Below are positions 18,070 to 26,731 of a DNA stretch of 28,390 nt, piece by piece. Positions within the stretch are counted from its first letter, which is position 1; every line of letters starts with the position of its first letter. The DNA is taken from assembly GCA_039768375.1 (NCBI GenBank), contig JBDNAO010000517.1, positions 1 to 28,390 on the forward strand. Direction: 5' to 3'. The notes under the pieces are model-generated. The model was not told the DNA's origin. It searched no databases and saw nothing but the letters and a program-made list of their open reading frames with translations. The position numbers and the translations under genes are program-made. The DNA is from Desulfobacterales bacterium (GTDB lineage Bacteria; Desulfobacterota; Desulfobacteria; Desulfobacterales; SG8-13).

Positions 18070-18310
18070 AGGTTTCAGATTTCAGGGCTTTTCCGCCCGC
18101 CTAAAATAATACCAAATGCCAAAATACAAGCACCAAAATACAAATAAATTCCAAATTTCAATATCCAATGAACCAAACAGGTTTGTTATTTAGAATTTTG
18201 ATCATTGTGATTTATTTGTTATTTATGATTTGGAATTTTTACAGAAGCTTAAAAGTGTTTCTTACACGATCAGACTGGGCGGCCTGAGGCGTCGCTGACC
18301 CCTGAAACCT
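18070..18310. repeat. Composite heptamer-built palindromic element, copy 2 (inverted relative to copy 1)
   Basis: Core 18114-18240 matches 9295-9428 on the opposite strand. Enclosed by a 16-bp IR AGGTTTCAGATTTCAG (18070-18085) / CTGACCCCTGAAACCT (18295-18310), 13/16. Confidence 0.85.
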
Positions 18311-18333
18311 CAATAGGTAGGTTACCGTTTCCC

Positions 18334-18362
18334 TTGTCATTTAACGACGATTGTGGTATAAA
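18334..18362 (+). promoter_or_regulatory. Strong sigma70 promoter with extended -10
   Basis: TTGTCA (18334-18339) - 17 nt - TATAAT (18357-18362), preceded by TGn. Confidence 0.7.
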
Positions 18363-18421
18363 TTGTAGTACAATGTAAATCATACATATCACCTGTTCAT
18401 CTGGAAAGGAACCGTTGCAAA

Positions 18422-18616
18422 TTGACGAAACTTCCTGTGACCAACGATCGGTTCAAGTGCCAGTTTGATTTCGACCTCGGTTATCTTGTCAAGAGCCCTT
18501 GCCGGGACTGTGATCAAAGAGAATCCGTTTTTCCAGACTGTTCACAAGACTGTCTACTCCTGGCCCAGGTGCAGACGGCTCTGTCGTCCTCGGTTTCGTG
18601 CAACAAGAAGAGTTGA
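18422..18616 (+). CDS. Small Cys-rich hypothetical protein (64 aa)
   Basis: FDFDLGYLVKSPCRDC...FPDCSQDC...SC; follows a near-consensus promoter and GGAAAGGA; start uncertain (TTG 18422 or GTG 18437). Confidence 0.6.
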   Translation: MTKLPVTNDRFKCQFDFDLGYLVKSPCRDCDQRESVFPDCSQDCLLLAQVQTALSSSVSCNKKS

Positions 18617-18647
18617 AACGCTATTTCGACGAGGCCGCAGAAATCAA

Positions 18648-20558
18648 TCACCGTGCCTTACCGTCATCCGCCTCTTCCCTGCCCCACAAGGCATCCCTCA
18701 GCCCGGAGCGCCGCACGATCCGGCGCGAGATCCCCGCGGCCAGTATCCGTTCTTGCCCCCAGATGATGATTCTCGATCGAGCCCGCGTAACGGCCGTATA
18801 GATCAACTCGCGCGTCAGGACCGGCACATCGGTGTCAGGCAGGATCAAATGGACCTGGTCGAATTCAGATCCTTGACTCTTGTGCACGGTCATGGCGAAA
18901 ACCGTTTCGAGGGTCGGCAGCCGGTAGGTCGGGATGCGCCGCATGTCATCAGCCGCATCCGCAAAACAAACCACCAGCCTTGCCGCTCCGGCATCCTCCG
19001 CCGCCACCGTCAGACCGATGTCGCCGTTGAAGAGTCCCAGACGGTAATCGTTGGCGGTAACCAGAACCGGTCGTCCTGCATACCAGCGATCGGTGCGGCC
19101 GCTTTCGGTTGCGATCAGATTTGAGCGGCGCAGCACCTTTTCCGCCAAACGGTTGATGGCGCCAACCCCGTAAAAGCCCTTGTTGACGGCACACAAGACC
19201 CTGAAACGGCTAAAGCGCTCCAGGGCGCGCCGTGGTTCGTCGGCTGCAAAACTGTCGCGATACCCTTCGAGGATGTGCTCCGGCAATTGTCGGTAAAGCT
19301 CGCTTGGGGAGGCAACCGGGTTCCAGTGGATGCCGTCGACGTGGCCGGTTTTCAGCAAGTCCAAAACCGCATCGCGGTTCCCCCGATTGACGGCCCGGCT
19401 CAGCGCGCCGATCCCGCTTTTCTCCTCGAAGCGGTAGCTCCGGACCAGATTGACGATGCTGTCCCGCAACCCGCCCTTCTCCTCGTCTTTACCGTCACAG
19501 GGACTCAGAGAAATACCGGTCGCCAGCTCTGCCGTCCGGCAGAAGGACTGTGAAAACCGATGCGGGCGGCCGCGATCGCAGATGTCGCCCAACACGGCGC
19601 CCGCTTCGACCGAGGCCAACTGGTCCTTGTCGCCGATGAGCACCAACCGGGCCCGATCGGCAAGGGCCGCAACCAGTTTCGAGAGCAGCGCCAAGTCGAC
19701 CATCGAGGCCTCGTCGACGATGACGACATCCGCCGGTAGCCGGTTAGCCGCGTTATACTTGAAATTGGAGGTTCCTGTAACCGGCTGCAGCATCCGATGG
19801 ATTGTCCGGGCTTCGAACGGAAGCCGATCCCTCACTGCCGGGCTGCAGGCAAGCGAACTTCGGGCCGATTTAAGGGATTCGCCGAGTTTGGCAGCCGCCT
19901 TGCCGGTCGGTGCCGCGAGCATGATGTCGATGGGGGCACCGTTCCCCTGTTCGATAAGCAGGGCCAAAATTTTGGCCACGGTATGCGTTTTACCGGTGCC
20001 GGGGCCACCCGTAATGACGCAGAACCTTTTAAGCAGTACCGCCAGGGCGGCCATTTTCTGCCAGTCGATGCTGTCGGACAGACCATCGTCTGGAAACAGG
20101 CGCTCGAAGGTTTTTCGCAGAGTCGCCGGGTTCCGGCCCTCCGGTAACGGCTCGCCACCCGTCCGCCGCTTGATAGCACCGATCAATCCCTGCTCATACG
20201 ACCAGTAGCGATAGAGATAGAGTCGGCCGAAAGGGTCGAGTATCAACGGACGCTGGTCACCGGGGCAGCCGACCATGGAACTCGCCCGAAGCCGTGCCAT
20301 CCATTCTTCGGTGGCGGGACAGTTCACCGCCGGGCGGCCTTCCCGGGTCTCCAGCAGTTCGACCCGGTCCAGTGCCTTTAAGTCGAGACAGACGTGCCCG
20401 CCGGCGGCCGCACGACTGACCAGGGCCGCGGCCAGGGCCAGGTCCGGGACGAGGTGACCGCCCAGTTGGTCGAGGAAGTCGGCGAAATGAAGATCGATTT
20501 CCGCCAACTGGCCGCTGCGATAAAGAGATGTCAAATCACTGCTGAGCTTCACTATCAT
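18648..20558 (-). CDS. recD: Exodeoxyribonuclease V alpha subunit
   Basis: GGPGTGKT, APTGKAA, VDEASMVD, GDKDQLASV, NGDIG, TVHKSQGSEF, YTAVTRAR; true start may be GTG 20552. Confidence 0.95.
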   Translation of the reverse strand: MIVKLSSDLTSLYRSGQLAEIDLHFADFLDQLGGHLVPDLALAAALVSRAAAGGHVCLDLKALDRVELLETREGRPAVNCPATEEWMARLRASSMVGCPGDQRPLILDPFGRLYLYRYWSYEQGLIGAIKRRTGGEPLPEGRNPATLRKTFERLFPDDGLSDSIDWQKMAALAVLLKRFCVITGGPGTGKTHTVAKILALLIEQGNGAPIDIMLAAPTGKAAAKLGESLKSARSSLACSPAVRDRLPFEARTIHRMLQPVTGTSNFKYNAANRLPADVVIVDEASMVDLALLSKLVAALADRARLVLIGDKDQLASVEAGAVLGDICDRGRPHRFSQSFCRTAELATGISLSPCDGKDEEKGGLRDSIVNLVRSYRFEEKSGIGALSRAVNRGNRDAVLDLLKTGHVDGIHWNPVASPSELYRQLPEHILEGYRDSFAADEPRRALERFSRFRVLCAVNKGFYGVGAINRLAEKVLRRSNLIATESGRTDRWYAGRPVLVTANDYRLGLFNGDIGLTVAAEDAGAARLVVCFADAADDMRRIPTYRLPTLETVFAMTVHKSQGSEFDQVHLILPDTDVPVLTRELIYTAVTRARSRIIIWGQERILAAGISRRIVRRSGLRDALWGREEADDGKAR

Positions 20559-20605
20559 CTCCGGGTGTGCCTCGAGCAGCTAGCGCTGTTGCCCGCGAAA
20601 ACTTA

Positions 20606-23600
20606 TCAGGCGGCGATCAAGGTCTGGTCGAGGGCTTCGATCAGCCCGGCATCCGGCCGGTCGCGATAAATGCCGAATGCGGGCCCTTTTTCCGGATCGA
20701 CGCCGCGGATAAATATGTAGAAAACCCCGCCGAAATGCGTTTCATAATTGTAGGCCGGATCACGCATCTTGAGATATCGGTTGAGTGCCAGGGTGTAGAG
20801 ACAGTATTGGAGGATGTAATAGGCTTCATTCATGGCCGTTTGCAGGTTTTCCGCCTGATAGTCCTCTATTCGATGTCCGAGATGGTTCGACTTCCAGTCG
20901 GTCAGATAATAACGCCCTTCGTGTACGAAGGCCATGTCGATGTAGCCCTTCAAGAAACCACGGGAAGGTGCGAAACTGAGTTTTTCCAGATCAGACGGAA
21001 ACGTTGATGGAATACCGGCGGCCGGATACGCGGCAAATATGTCCCTTAGCCGACGGGGTGTGACCGGCTTGACGGGAAAATAAAAGGCCATCTCGTTAAG
21101 TCGCTGATGGAAGCCGATCGAACCCAGCGTCAACCCGGGCGTTCCGGAGACAAGCGAAACAGACAGCACGCGATCGATCGCGTTTTTGACCACCGCCGTC
21201 CACGACGGGTCGAACCCGTGTGCGCGCAGCTTTTCGTGGATTCGTGCTTCCCGGTTTTCAGGAACAGAATCCGTAAAGTCGAGCTGTTCGAGCAATTCGT
21301 GAAAGAAAATACCGGCGCGGGCACCTTTGGGGAAGGTGTAAATGGTCCGGAGTTCCGTGGCCGACAACGCGATGTCTGAAACCGCGCTGCCGTTATCCGC
21401 GACAGGCGGTGGATGCGCATCGCGGTCGGGCGAATCTGCATCTGCGGTCCGGCGGGAGACCAGTGCCGAGTAGCTCGAAATCCGCCAGGTTGTGTCGATG
21501 ACACCGCCGAATTTCCGGCAGAAAAATGGTGTCGCATCGTTTATTGGCGCAGATGGTGTAACGCTCCGGTCCGCCGGAATGTCCCTCAGAAGGATGCTCC
21601 CCCCTGACGCTGCGGCCAGGCGTGTCAGATCTGCCCGTCGATCACCATCGGCCAGTCCTGTCAAGTGGGTTGTCAGGGTGGCCACGATGTCGTCACCGTC
21701 GCACTCCGGGGGGTGAAAGAGATAGGCCGGAGCAGAGGTCTCGGCGGTATTGATATGGCCCCAGACCAGATAACAACGCTTCTTGGCGCGCGTGAGCGCC
21801 ACATAAAGCAAGCGCAGGTTTTCTGCCAGCATTTCCTGCTGGGCCAACCGCTTGCGCAGTTCGACCTGGTCGGACCCCAAATCGAGGACCCGCCGCCGGG
21901 GAGGACCTTGCTCGTGACAGATGATGTCACGGTCATTGGTGATCAGCGATCCTTCCCACCCGAACGGACAGAAGACGACCGGATACTCCATACCTTTGCT
22001 TCTGTGGGTGGTCACGATGCGCACCGCCCGGGCATCGCTTTCCAATCTGAGTTGGTGCTCTTCCAAGCGGGGAGTCGCCGGATTGAGCTTGTCGGCGAGC
22101 CACTTGAGGAGCGAGGCCATTCCGGGCTCCTCCTGGACGGTCTGCTGGTGCAGGATTTCGGTCAGATGCAGCAGGTTGGTCAATCGGCGGTCGCCGTCCG
22201 GATACGCCAGCAAACGTGCTCGAACCCCTTCACGGGCCATCAACCACCGCATCATGCGCATGAATCCGTAACGGTTCCACTCTTCGGCATACTCCCTGAA
22301 GCGCAACCGCCGATTTTCAAGTTGGTGTGCACTCGCGGCGACATGGTCGATTTCGGCCGCCGACACCCCCAGCATGTCGGTGACAAGGGCCGCCCGGAAC
22401 CGTTCTTCACGACGGTGTTCAAGCACCCCGGTCAGTACCTGCAGAATTTCCCAGGCTTCGGGCGTATCGAAGATGTTGCCGGCTCCATAGAGGACGGATG
22501 GAATGCGTCGCTCAGACAGGCTTTCTTTTATCAGACGTGCCTGCCGATTGGTGCGGACCAGAACGGCGATATCGGCGAGCGGCAGCGGTGAGGCCTTTGC
22601 AGCGACCAGACGGGCGATTTCATTGCCCACAGCCGCGGCAATCTGGCGTGTGGCGTCGCTCTTGCTCACGGGGTTACCCTCTTGCGAGGGGAGATACCAT
22701 AGGATCAGCGCTGGCTCCTCAATGGTTGACGCGTCCTCGGAGCCTCCCCCGGCCCGCGCCTTTTCGAAGCGGATTTCATCAAACAAAAACGGTCGTCGAA
22801 CGCCGGCGAACAGACTGTTGACGGCGGTGATCATACCGGGTTCGGAGCGCCAGTTTTCATAAAGGGTATACTTTTCAGTCGCCCGTTCGGCCGCTTCCAT
22901 GTAGGAAAAGATATCGGCTCCGCGAAAACCGTAAATCGACTGCTTGGGATCGCCGATCATGAAAAGAATGGCCGGGGGCTGGCCGAAGAGTCTCGAAAAG
23001 ATGGTGTACTGAACCGAATCGGTATCCTGAAACTCATCCACCAGCGCGGCCGTGAACCGCCGCCGCACGGCTTCAATCAGGATATCGCTGCCGGGCCGGT
23101 CTTTTTGCAAGGCGTCTCGCACTGTCAGTAGCAGGTCCTCGTAAAATTGTCGGTTGTGCCGCTTTTTGACATCTGCGAGTGCACCGCGGGCAAATTGAAA
23201 AAAATCGCTTTTGAGGTACAAGAAATAGCGCTCCATTTCGGTCTTCAACGCCTCGCCCGCCCCGTTCAACCGGTCGCAAAGGTAGAAGAAGGGATGCTCC
23301 GGCGGCACGTAGTTCTTTTTGGTCGACCGTTTCAAATACGCTGCCGAAAATTTCTCGAAACCGTTGAACAACGGGAACCCGGTGACATCCTCAGCGGTAA
23401 AACGGTCCATGGATTCCACCCATGCAGCGATCTTGACGTCCCGGGGCCTTTGTCCCGTCAAGCGCGGGTCGGGTTTAAGGCTGCCGTAAATCGTGGCATT
23501 CAAGGCCTGGTCCGTCAAGAGTTCGCCGACCTGTTGACGCACGTTCTTCCAGTCTGCCGCCAGCTGGTGGTAGAGCCGCCGGTAATCATCCAGGTGGGCT

Positions 23601-24217
23601 AAGCGCGGTTCGGTTAGCTCGGGCAGGATTTCCAGATCCGGAATGGTGAAATTTTTCATCAGGCGGAAGAAAACCTCCGGCCCGCCGACTTTTTTCTCCG
23701 CAAATAAAAAACCGATCAGCTCGGGGACTGCATCGTAAAGGTTTTTACGCCAGAAGTCTTCGGCCACCTCCTGATAGTAGACCGTCGGATCGGCCATCAG
23801 TTCGGTATTGTAGAACGTGCCGGTTTCAAAAGCGTGTTCGTGCAACAGTCGCTGACAGAAACCATGAATGGTCAATATGGCCGCCCGGTCGAAATCCGCC
23901 AGCACACCGTCGAGCCGCTTTGCGGCGGCACCCGGGTCCTGCAAGGTGGCGATCAACCGGTGGATGAAGGGATCACGGCTGCCGCCCCCCAATAGAGCCA
24001 GCCGGGTCTGGATCAGTTTACTTCGAATGCGGGTTTTCAACTCCTCCGTGGCGGCCGTCGTATAGGTCACCACCAGGATCTGTTCCACCTCGAGTTCCTG
24101 TTCGAGGACCAACCGTACGAACAGGCCGGCAAGGGTATACGTCTTGCCGGTCCCGGCGCTGGCCTCGATCAGGGTCGTGCCGGTCAGGGGCGTTTTGATC
24201 GCATCAAACGGTTGCAT
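20606..24217 (-). CDS. recB: Exodeoxyribonuclease V beta subunit
   Basis: 1203 aa; EASAGTGKT, TIHGFC, VDEFQDT, GDPKQSIYGFRGAD, LYVALTRA, nuclease GYIDMAF...DWKSN. Confidence 0.96.
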   Translation of the reverse strand: MQPFDAIKTPLTGTTLIEASAGTGKTYTLAGLFVRLVLEQELEVEQILVVTYTTAATEELKTRIRSKLIQTRLALLGGGSRDPFIHRLIATLQDPGAAAKRLDGVLADFDRAAILTIHGFCQRLLHEHAFETGTFYNTELMADPTVYYQEVAEDFWRKNLYDAVPELIGFLFAEKKVGGPEVFFRLMKNFTIPDLEILPELTEPRLAHLDDYRRLYHQLAADWKNVRQQVGELLTDQALNATIYGSLKPDPRLTGQRPRDVKIAAWVESMDRFTAEDVTGFPLFNGFEKFSAAYLKRSTKKNYVPPEHPFFYLCDRLNGAGEALKTEMERYFLYLKSDFFQFARGALADVKKRHNRQFYEDLLLTVRDALQKDRPGSDILIEAVRRRFTAALVDEFQDTDSVQYTIFSRLFGQPPAILFMIGDPKQSIYGFRGADIFSYMEAAERATEKYTLYENWRSEPGMITAVNSLFAGVRRPFLFDEIRFEKARAGGGSEDASTIEEPALILWYLPSQEGNPVSKSDATRQIAAAVGNEIARLVAAKASPLPLADIAVLVRTNRQARLIKESLSERRIPSVLYGAGNIFDTPEAWEILQVLTGVLEHRREERFRAALVTDMLGVSAAEIDHVAASAHQLENRRLRFREYAEEWNRYGFMRMMRWLMAREGVRARLLAYPDGDRRLTNLLHLTEILHQQTVQEEPGMASLLKWLADKLNPATPRLEEHQLRLESDARAVRIVTTHRSKGMEYPVVFCPFGWEGSLITNDRDIICHEQGPPRRRVLDLGSDQVELRKRLAQQEMLAENLRLLYVALTRAKKRCYLVWGHINTAETSAPAYLFHPPECDGDDIVATLTTHLTGLADGDRRADLTRLAAASGGSILLRDIPADRSVTPSAPINDATPFFCRKFGGVIDTTWRISSYSALVSRRTADADSPDRDAHPPPVADNGSAVSDIALSATELRTIYTFPKGARAGIFFHELLEQLDFTDSVPENREARIHEKLRAHGFDPSWTAVVKNAIDRVLSVSLVSGTPGLTLGSIGFHQRLNEMAFYFPVKPVTPRRLRDIFAAYPAAGIPSTFPSDLEKLSFAPSRGFLKGYIDMAFVHEGRYYLTDWKSNHLGHRIEDYQAENLQTAMNEAYYILQYCLYTLALNRYLKMRDPAYNYETHFGGVFYIFIRGVDPEKGPAFGIYRDRPDAGLIEALDQTLIAA

Positions 24218-24557
24218 AAACTGTGACGTACGGTGCAGGGGTTGACCTCAAATTTGGCCGAAATGTTACGGAAGCAGCTGTTCAGTCCCAATCGGTTCGA
24301 TAGACAAACCCGGTCACCCGGCGGAATCTATAGAATACTTATTTTCATCGAGAATTTCTGGCTCACGTTGCCGCATCCATATCACATTCGGGCGTCGGCA
24401 GAAACGATCCTTTACGGCTGCGGACGATTTCGACCACACCGTCCGTGGTTTGCGAAAGCCGGCCGCCTATGGTACACACCTCCATCCGTTTAAGCAAAAA
24501 ATTAGTCAGCCGGAGTTTTAATAATATCCGGCAGCCGCCGGTTTTCCAAGGAGACTC

Positions 24558-24881
24558 ATGTTTTCCGGTATCCAGGAAATTTTGCTGATACTTCTCATCG
24601 TGCTGGCCATTGTTTTTTTGCCGCGCATAACCGGTCGCCGACAAACACCTGTTGCCAATGCTCGGGGCGGACGCCGCCCTTATCTGAAACTCTCCGGTCC
24701 CCTGCGGTTGGCCATTCTGGGCTCGATCGCCTGGCTTTTTCTGACGGCGGTCTATTTCGAACCCTGGCATCGGGATCTCCCTCCCTACCTATACGCCGGT
24801 GCCGGTCCGGTGGCACTCTTCTGGGGTATTCTCTGGATTGCCGCCGGTTTTCGCAAACACCGAAAAAAACCTCGCGTTTGA
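24558..24881 (+). CDS. Small membrane protein with TatA-like N-terminal helix plus two further TM segments
   Basis: MFSGIQEILLILLIVLAIVFLPR, Arg-rich linker, two hydrophobic helices; SD AAGGAG. Confidence 0.7.
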   Translation: MFSGIQEILLILLIVLAIVFLPRITGRRQTPVANARGGRRPYLKLSGPLRLAILGSIAWLFLTAVYFEPWHRDLPPYLYAGAGPVALFWGILWIAAGFRKHRKKPRV

Positions 24882-24930
24882 AATTTAAATAGCCGACACC
24901 TCGTGTGAAACTTAACGCGGCCGGAACAGT

Positions 24931-24961
24931 CAATATATTGAACGTCGAACGTCGAATATTG
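24931..24961. repeat. Short heptamer repeat (GAACGTC x2 + GAATATT) within a CAATAT/ATATTG IR
   Basis: CAATATATTGAACGTCGAACGTCGAATATTG. Confidence 0.6.
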
Positions 24962-25089
24962 TGGCAACGGGTCAAAGTTTTGACGTCGGACTGACCGTGG
25001 TGTCAAACCGGCAGGGGGTGGTGCAGCAACAGTTGGGCCATATTCACCGTATCCTACTGCAGTCGATCGTAATTTCTTTGGTTCCTCTT

Positions 25090-25105
25090 CGGCATGATTC
25101 CTGCA
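25090..25105 (+). promoter_or_regulatory. Candidate sigma54 (-24/-12) promoter
   Basis: CGGCATGATTCCTGCA: GG (25091-92) - N10 - GC (25103-04), close to TGGCACG-N4-TTGCW. Confidence 0.45.
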
Positions 25106-25205
25106 AAGTCAACCACGGTTCGGTGTGCCCGCTGTTTGACCGGGTTGCCTGTCGGAGGTCATGGCTTGGCAACACCCTTGTTATTTGCAGGAACCAGGAG
25201 CCGAA

Positions 25206-25628
25206 ATGATGTCGAAAATGCAGAAAAAATTTAGCGGTATTTGCGTCAAGATCAGCCTGAACGTGCCGTCTCACTGCACCTGGTGCTGGGATGAGGTGTT
25301 CGGCACCGCATTGGTGGTTTTCGACCGCAGCGATATGGACCTGGTGTATATCCCGATGACACTGGAATTCGACGCCCAATGGGACATAGCCTCCATAGAC
25401 AAGGCCCCGCCGCATTTCTCGAGCTATTTCAACAGGGTCTTCGGCGTCATGCCGGGGCAAAAAATCTTCACCGCCGCGGACGGCGACGGTGTGATCCTTT
25501 TTGCGGTCTGGTGGCCATGGGGAGACGGGGCCAAAATCTCGCTGCGTGTCGGACTCTTTTCACCCGCTGATGATAGGGTCGCCCGGCATCAGATCAAGGC
25601 GCTTTTGAGCGACTGGTTTCACTTATAG
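25206..25628 (+). CDS. Hypothetical protein with WWPWG motif
   Basis: Open from 25161; SD AGGAG 5 nt before ATG 25206; ...LFAVWWPWGDGAKISLRVG...; ends 2 nt before the HDOD gene. Confidence 0.7.
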   Translation: MMSKMQKKFSGICVKISLNVPSHCTWCWDEVFGTALVVFDRSDMDLVYIPMTLEFDAQWDIASIDKAPPHFSSYFNRVFGVMPGQKIFTAADGDGVILFAVWWPWGDGAKISLRVGLFSPADDRVARHQIKALLSDWFHL

Positions 25629-25630
25629 AG

Positions 25631-26722
25631 GTGATCGTAAGGATGAATTTCTCGTGCAGCAATTGTCACAAGACCTACACCATTACCGATGGCAAACTTC
25701 CAGCCACAAAAAAATTGGCTTTTCCCTGTCCGGATTGTGGTCATCGCATCGAACTCAACCTGTGCGATAACGCATCCGGCGATACAGTGTCGTTGGAGAA
25801 AACCGGTGTTGCGGCAGCACCGGCATCGGCGCCAACGGATGAAAAGCAAACCGCTGAAGAGCTCAAAAAGCGGATCTTATCCAATCTGAGTGGACTCCCG
25901 CCCATGCCGCAGATCGTCTTCAAGGCCCATGAAATCATGGAAGATCCCAATTCGGGCACCAAGAAGGTGGCCGAATTGATTGAGACCGATCAGGCGATCG
26001 CCGCCAAAGTGTTGAAAATGGCCAACTCGGCCTATTACGGCATGAGCGGCAAAGTCTCCTCGATTCAACATGCAGCGGTCGTCCTGGGTGACAAGGCTCT
26101 GGGCGAACTGGTCACACTGGCCGGCACCTCGAGTTTGCTGGGTAACAAGCTGTACGGCTACGCGATGGACTCCGGAGAACTGTGGCGCCACTCCATGACG
26201 GTCGCGTTCGGATCGAAAATAATGGCCCAGCGATACATGCCACAACTGGAAAACGACGCCTTTTCAGTCGGGCTCATCCACGACGTCGGCAAGCTGGTGC
26301 TCGACCGACCGGTACTGAACCGCAAAAGCGTGTTCGACGAATTCATGGCCTCCGGCGACAAGACCTTCCTGAGCGCAGAAAATCGGATTCTCGGATTCGA
26401 TCATGCTGAAATCGGCTATGACATCTGTCAGCAGTGGCAGATTCCGGACTCTCTTGCCAAAGCGATCCGTTACCATCATCGCCCAAGCGCCGAATCGGAT
26501 GACAGCCTCGTCTGTATCGTATCCATGGCCGACACCATCGCCAACATGGCCGCTGCCATGAGCATGGCCGGTCGCATCCAAAGCGGAATCGATGCGGTCA
26601 TGTACATGGTGGATGACACCGTCATGGAGCGTCTGGCGCTTGGGGAAAAGGATATCGGCGTCATCATGGAATCAGCTTTGGACGCCGTTGAAAAAATCAT
26701 GCTCGAAATCGACCCCACCTGA
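25631..26722 (+). CDS. HDOD domain protein with N-terminal zinc ribbon
   Basis: CSNC...CPDC N-terminus; LPPMPQIV, DQAIAAKVLKMANSAYYG, LWRHS, GLIHDVGKL, YHHRP. Confidence 0.9.
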   Translation: MIVRMNFSCSNCHKTYTITDGKLPATKKLAFPCPDCGHRIELNLCDNASGDTVSLEKTGVAAAPASAPTDEKQTAEELKKRILSNLSGLPPMPQIVFKAHEIMEDPNSGTKKVAELIETDQAIAAKVLKMANSAYYGMSGKVSSIQHAAVVLGDKALGELVTLAGTSSLLGNKLYGYAMDSGELWRHSMTVAFGSKIMAQRYMPQLENDAFSVGLIHDVGKLVLDRPVLNRKSVFDEFMASGDKTFLSAENRILGFDHAEIGYDICQQWQIPDSLAKAIRYHHRPSAESDDSLVCIVSMADTIANMAAAMSMAGRIQSGIDAVMYMVDDTVMERLALGEKDIGVIMESALDAVEKIMLEIDPT

Positions 26723-26731
26723 CACAGACTC

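Noticed and set aside
17898-18102. Resemblance to 6S RNA (CCCTGGGATCG..AATGTGG), ZTP riboswitch (CTGGCG; CCGCCCGCCT at 18093-18102) or RNase P (GCCAGGTAAC on minus strand)
   Set aside because: Only short fragments match. The 6S closing-stem geometry and zapA/rny context, the ZTP closing GGGC and CCACC-GGGGAG, and the RNase P GAGGAAAGUCC are all missing.
23563-23570. E. coli Chi octamer GCTGGTGG inside recB
   Set aside because: A single occurrence is expected by chance in GC-rich DNA, and Chi sequences are species-specific.
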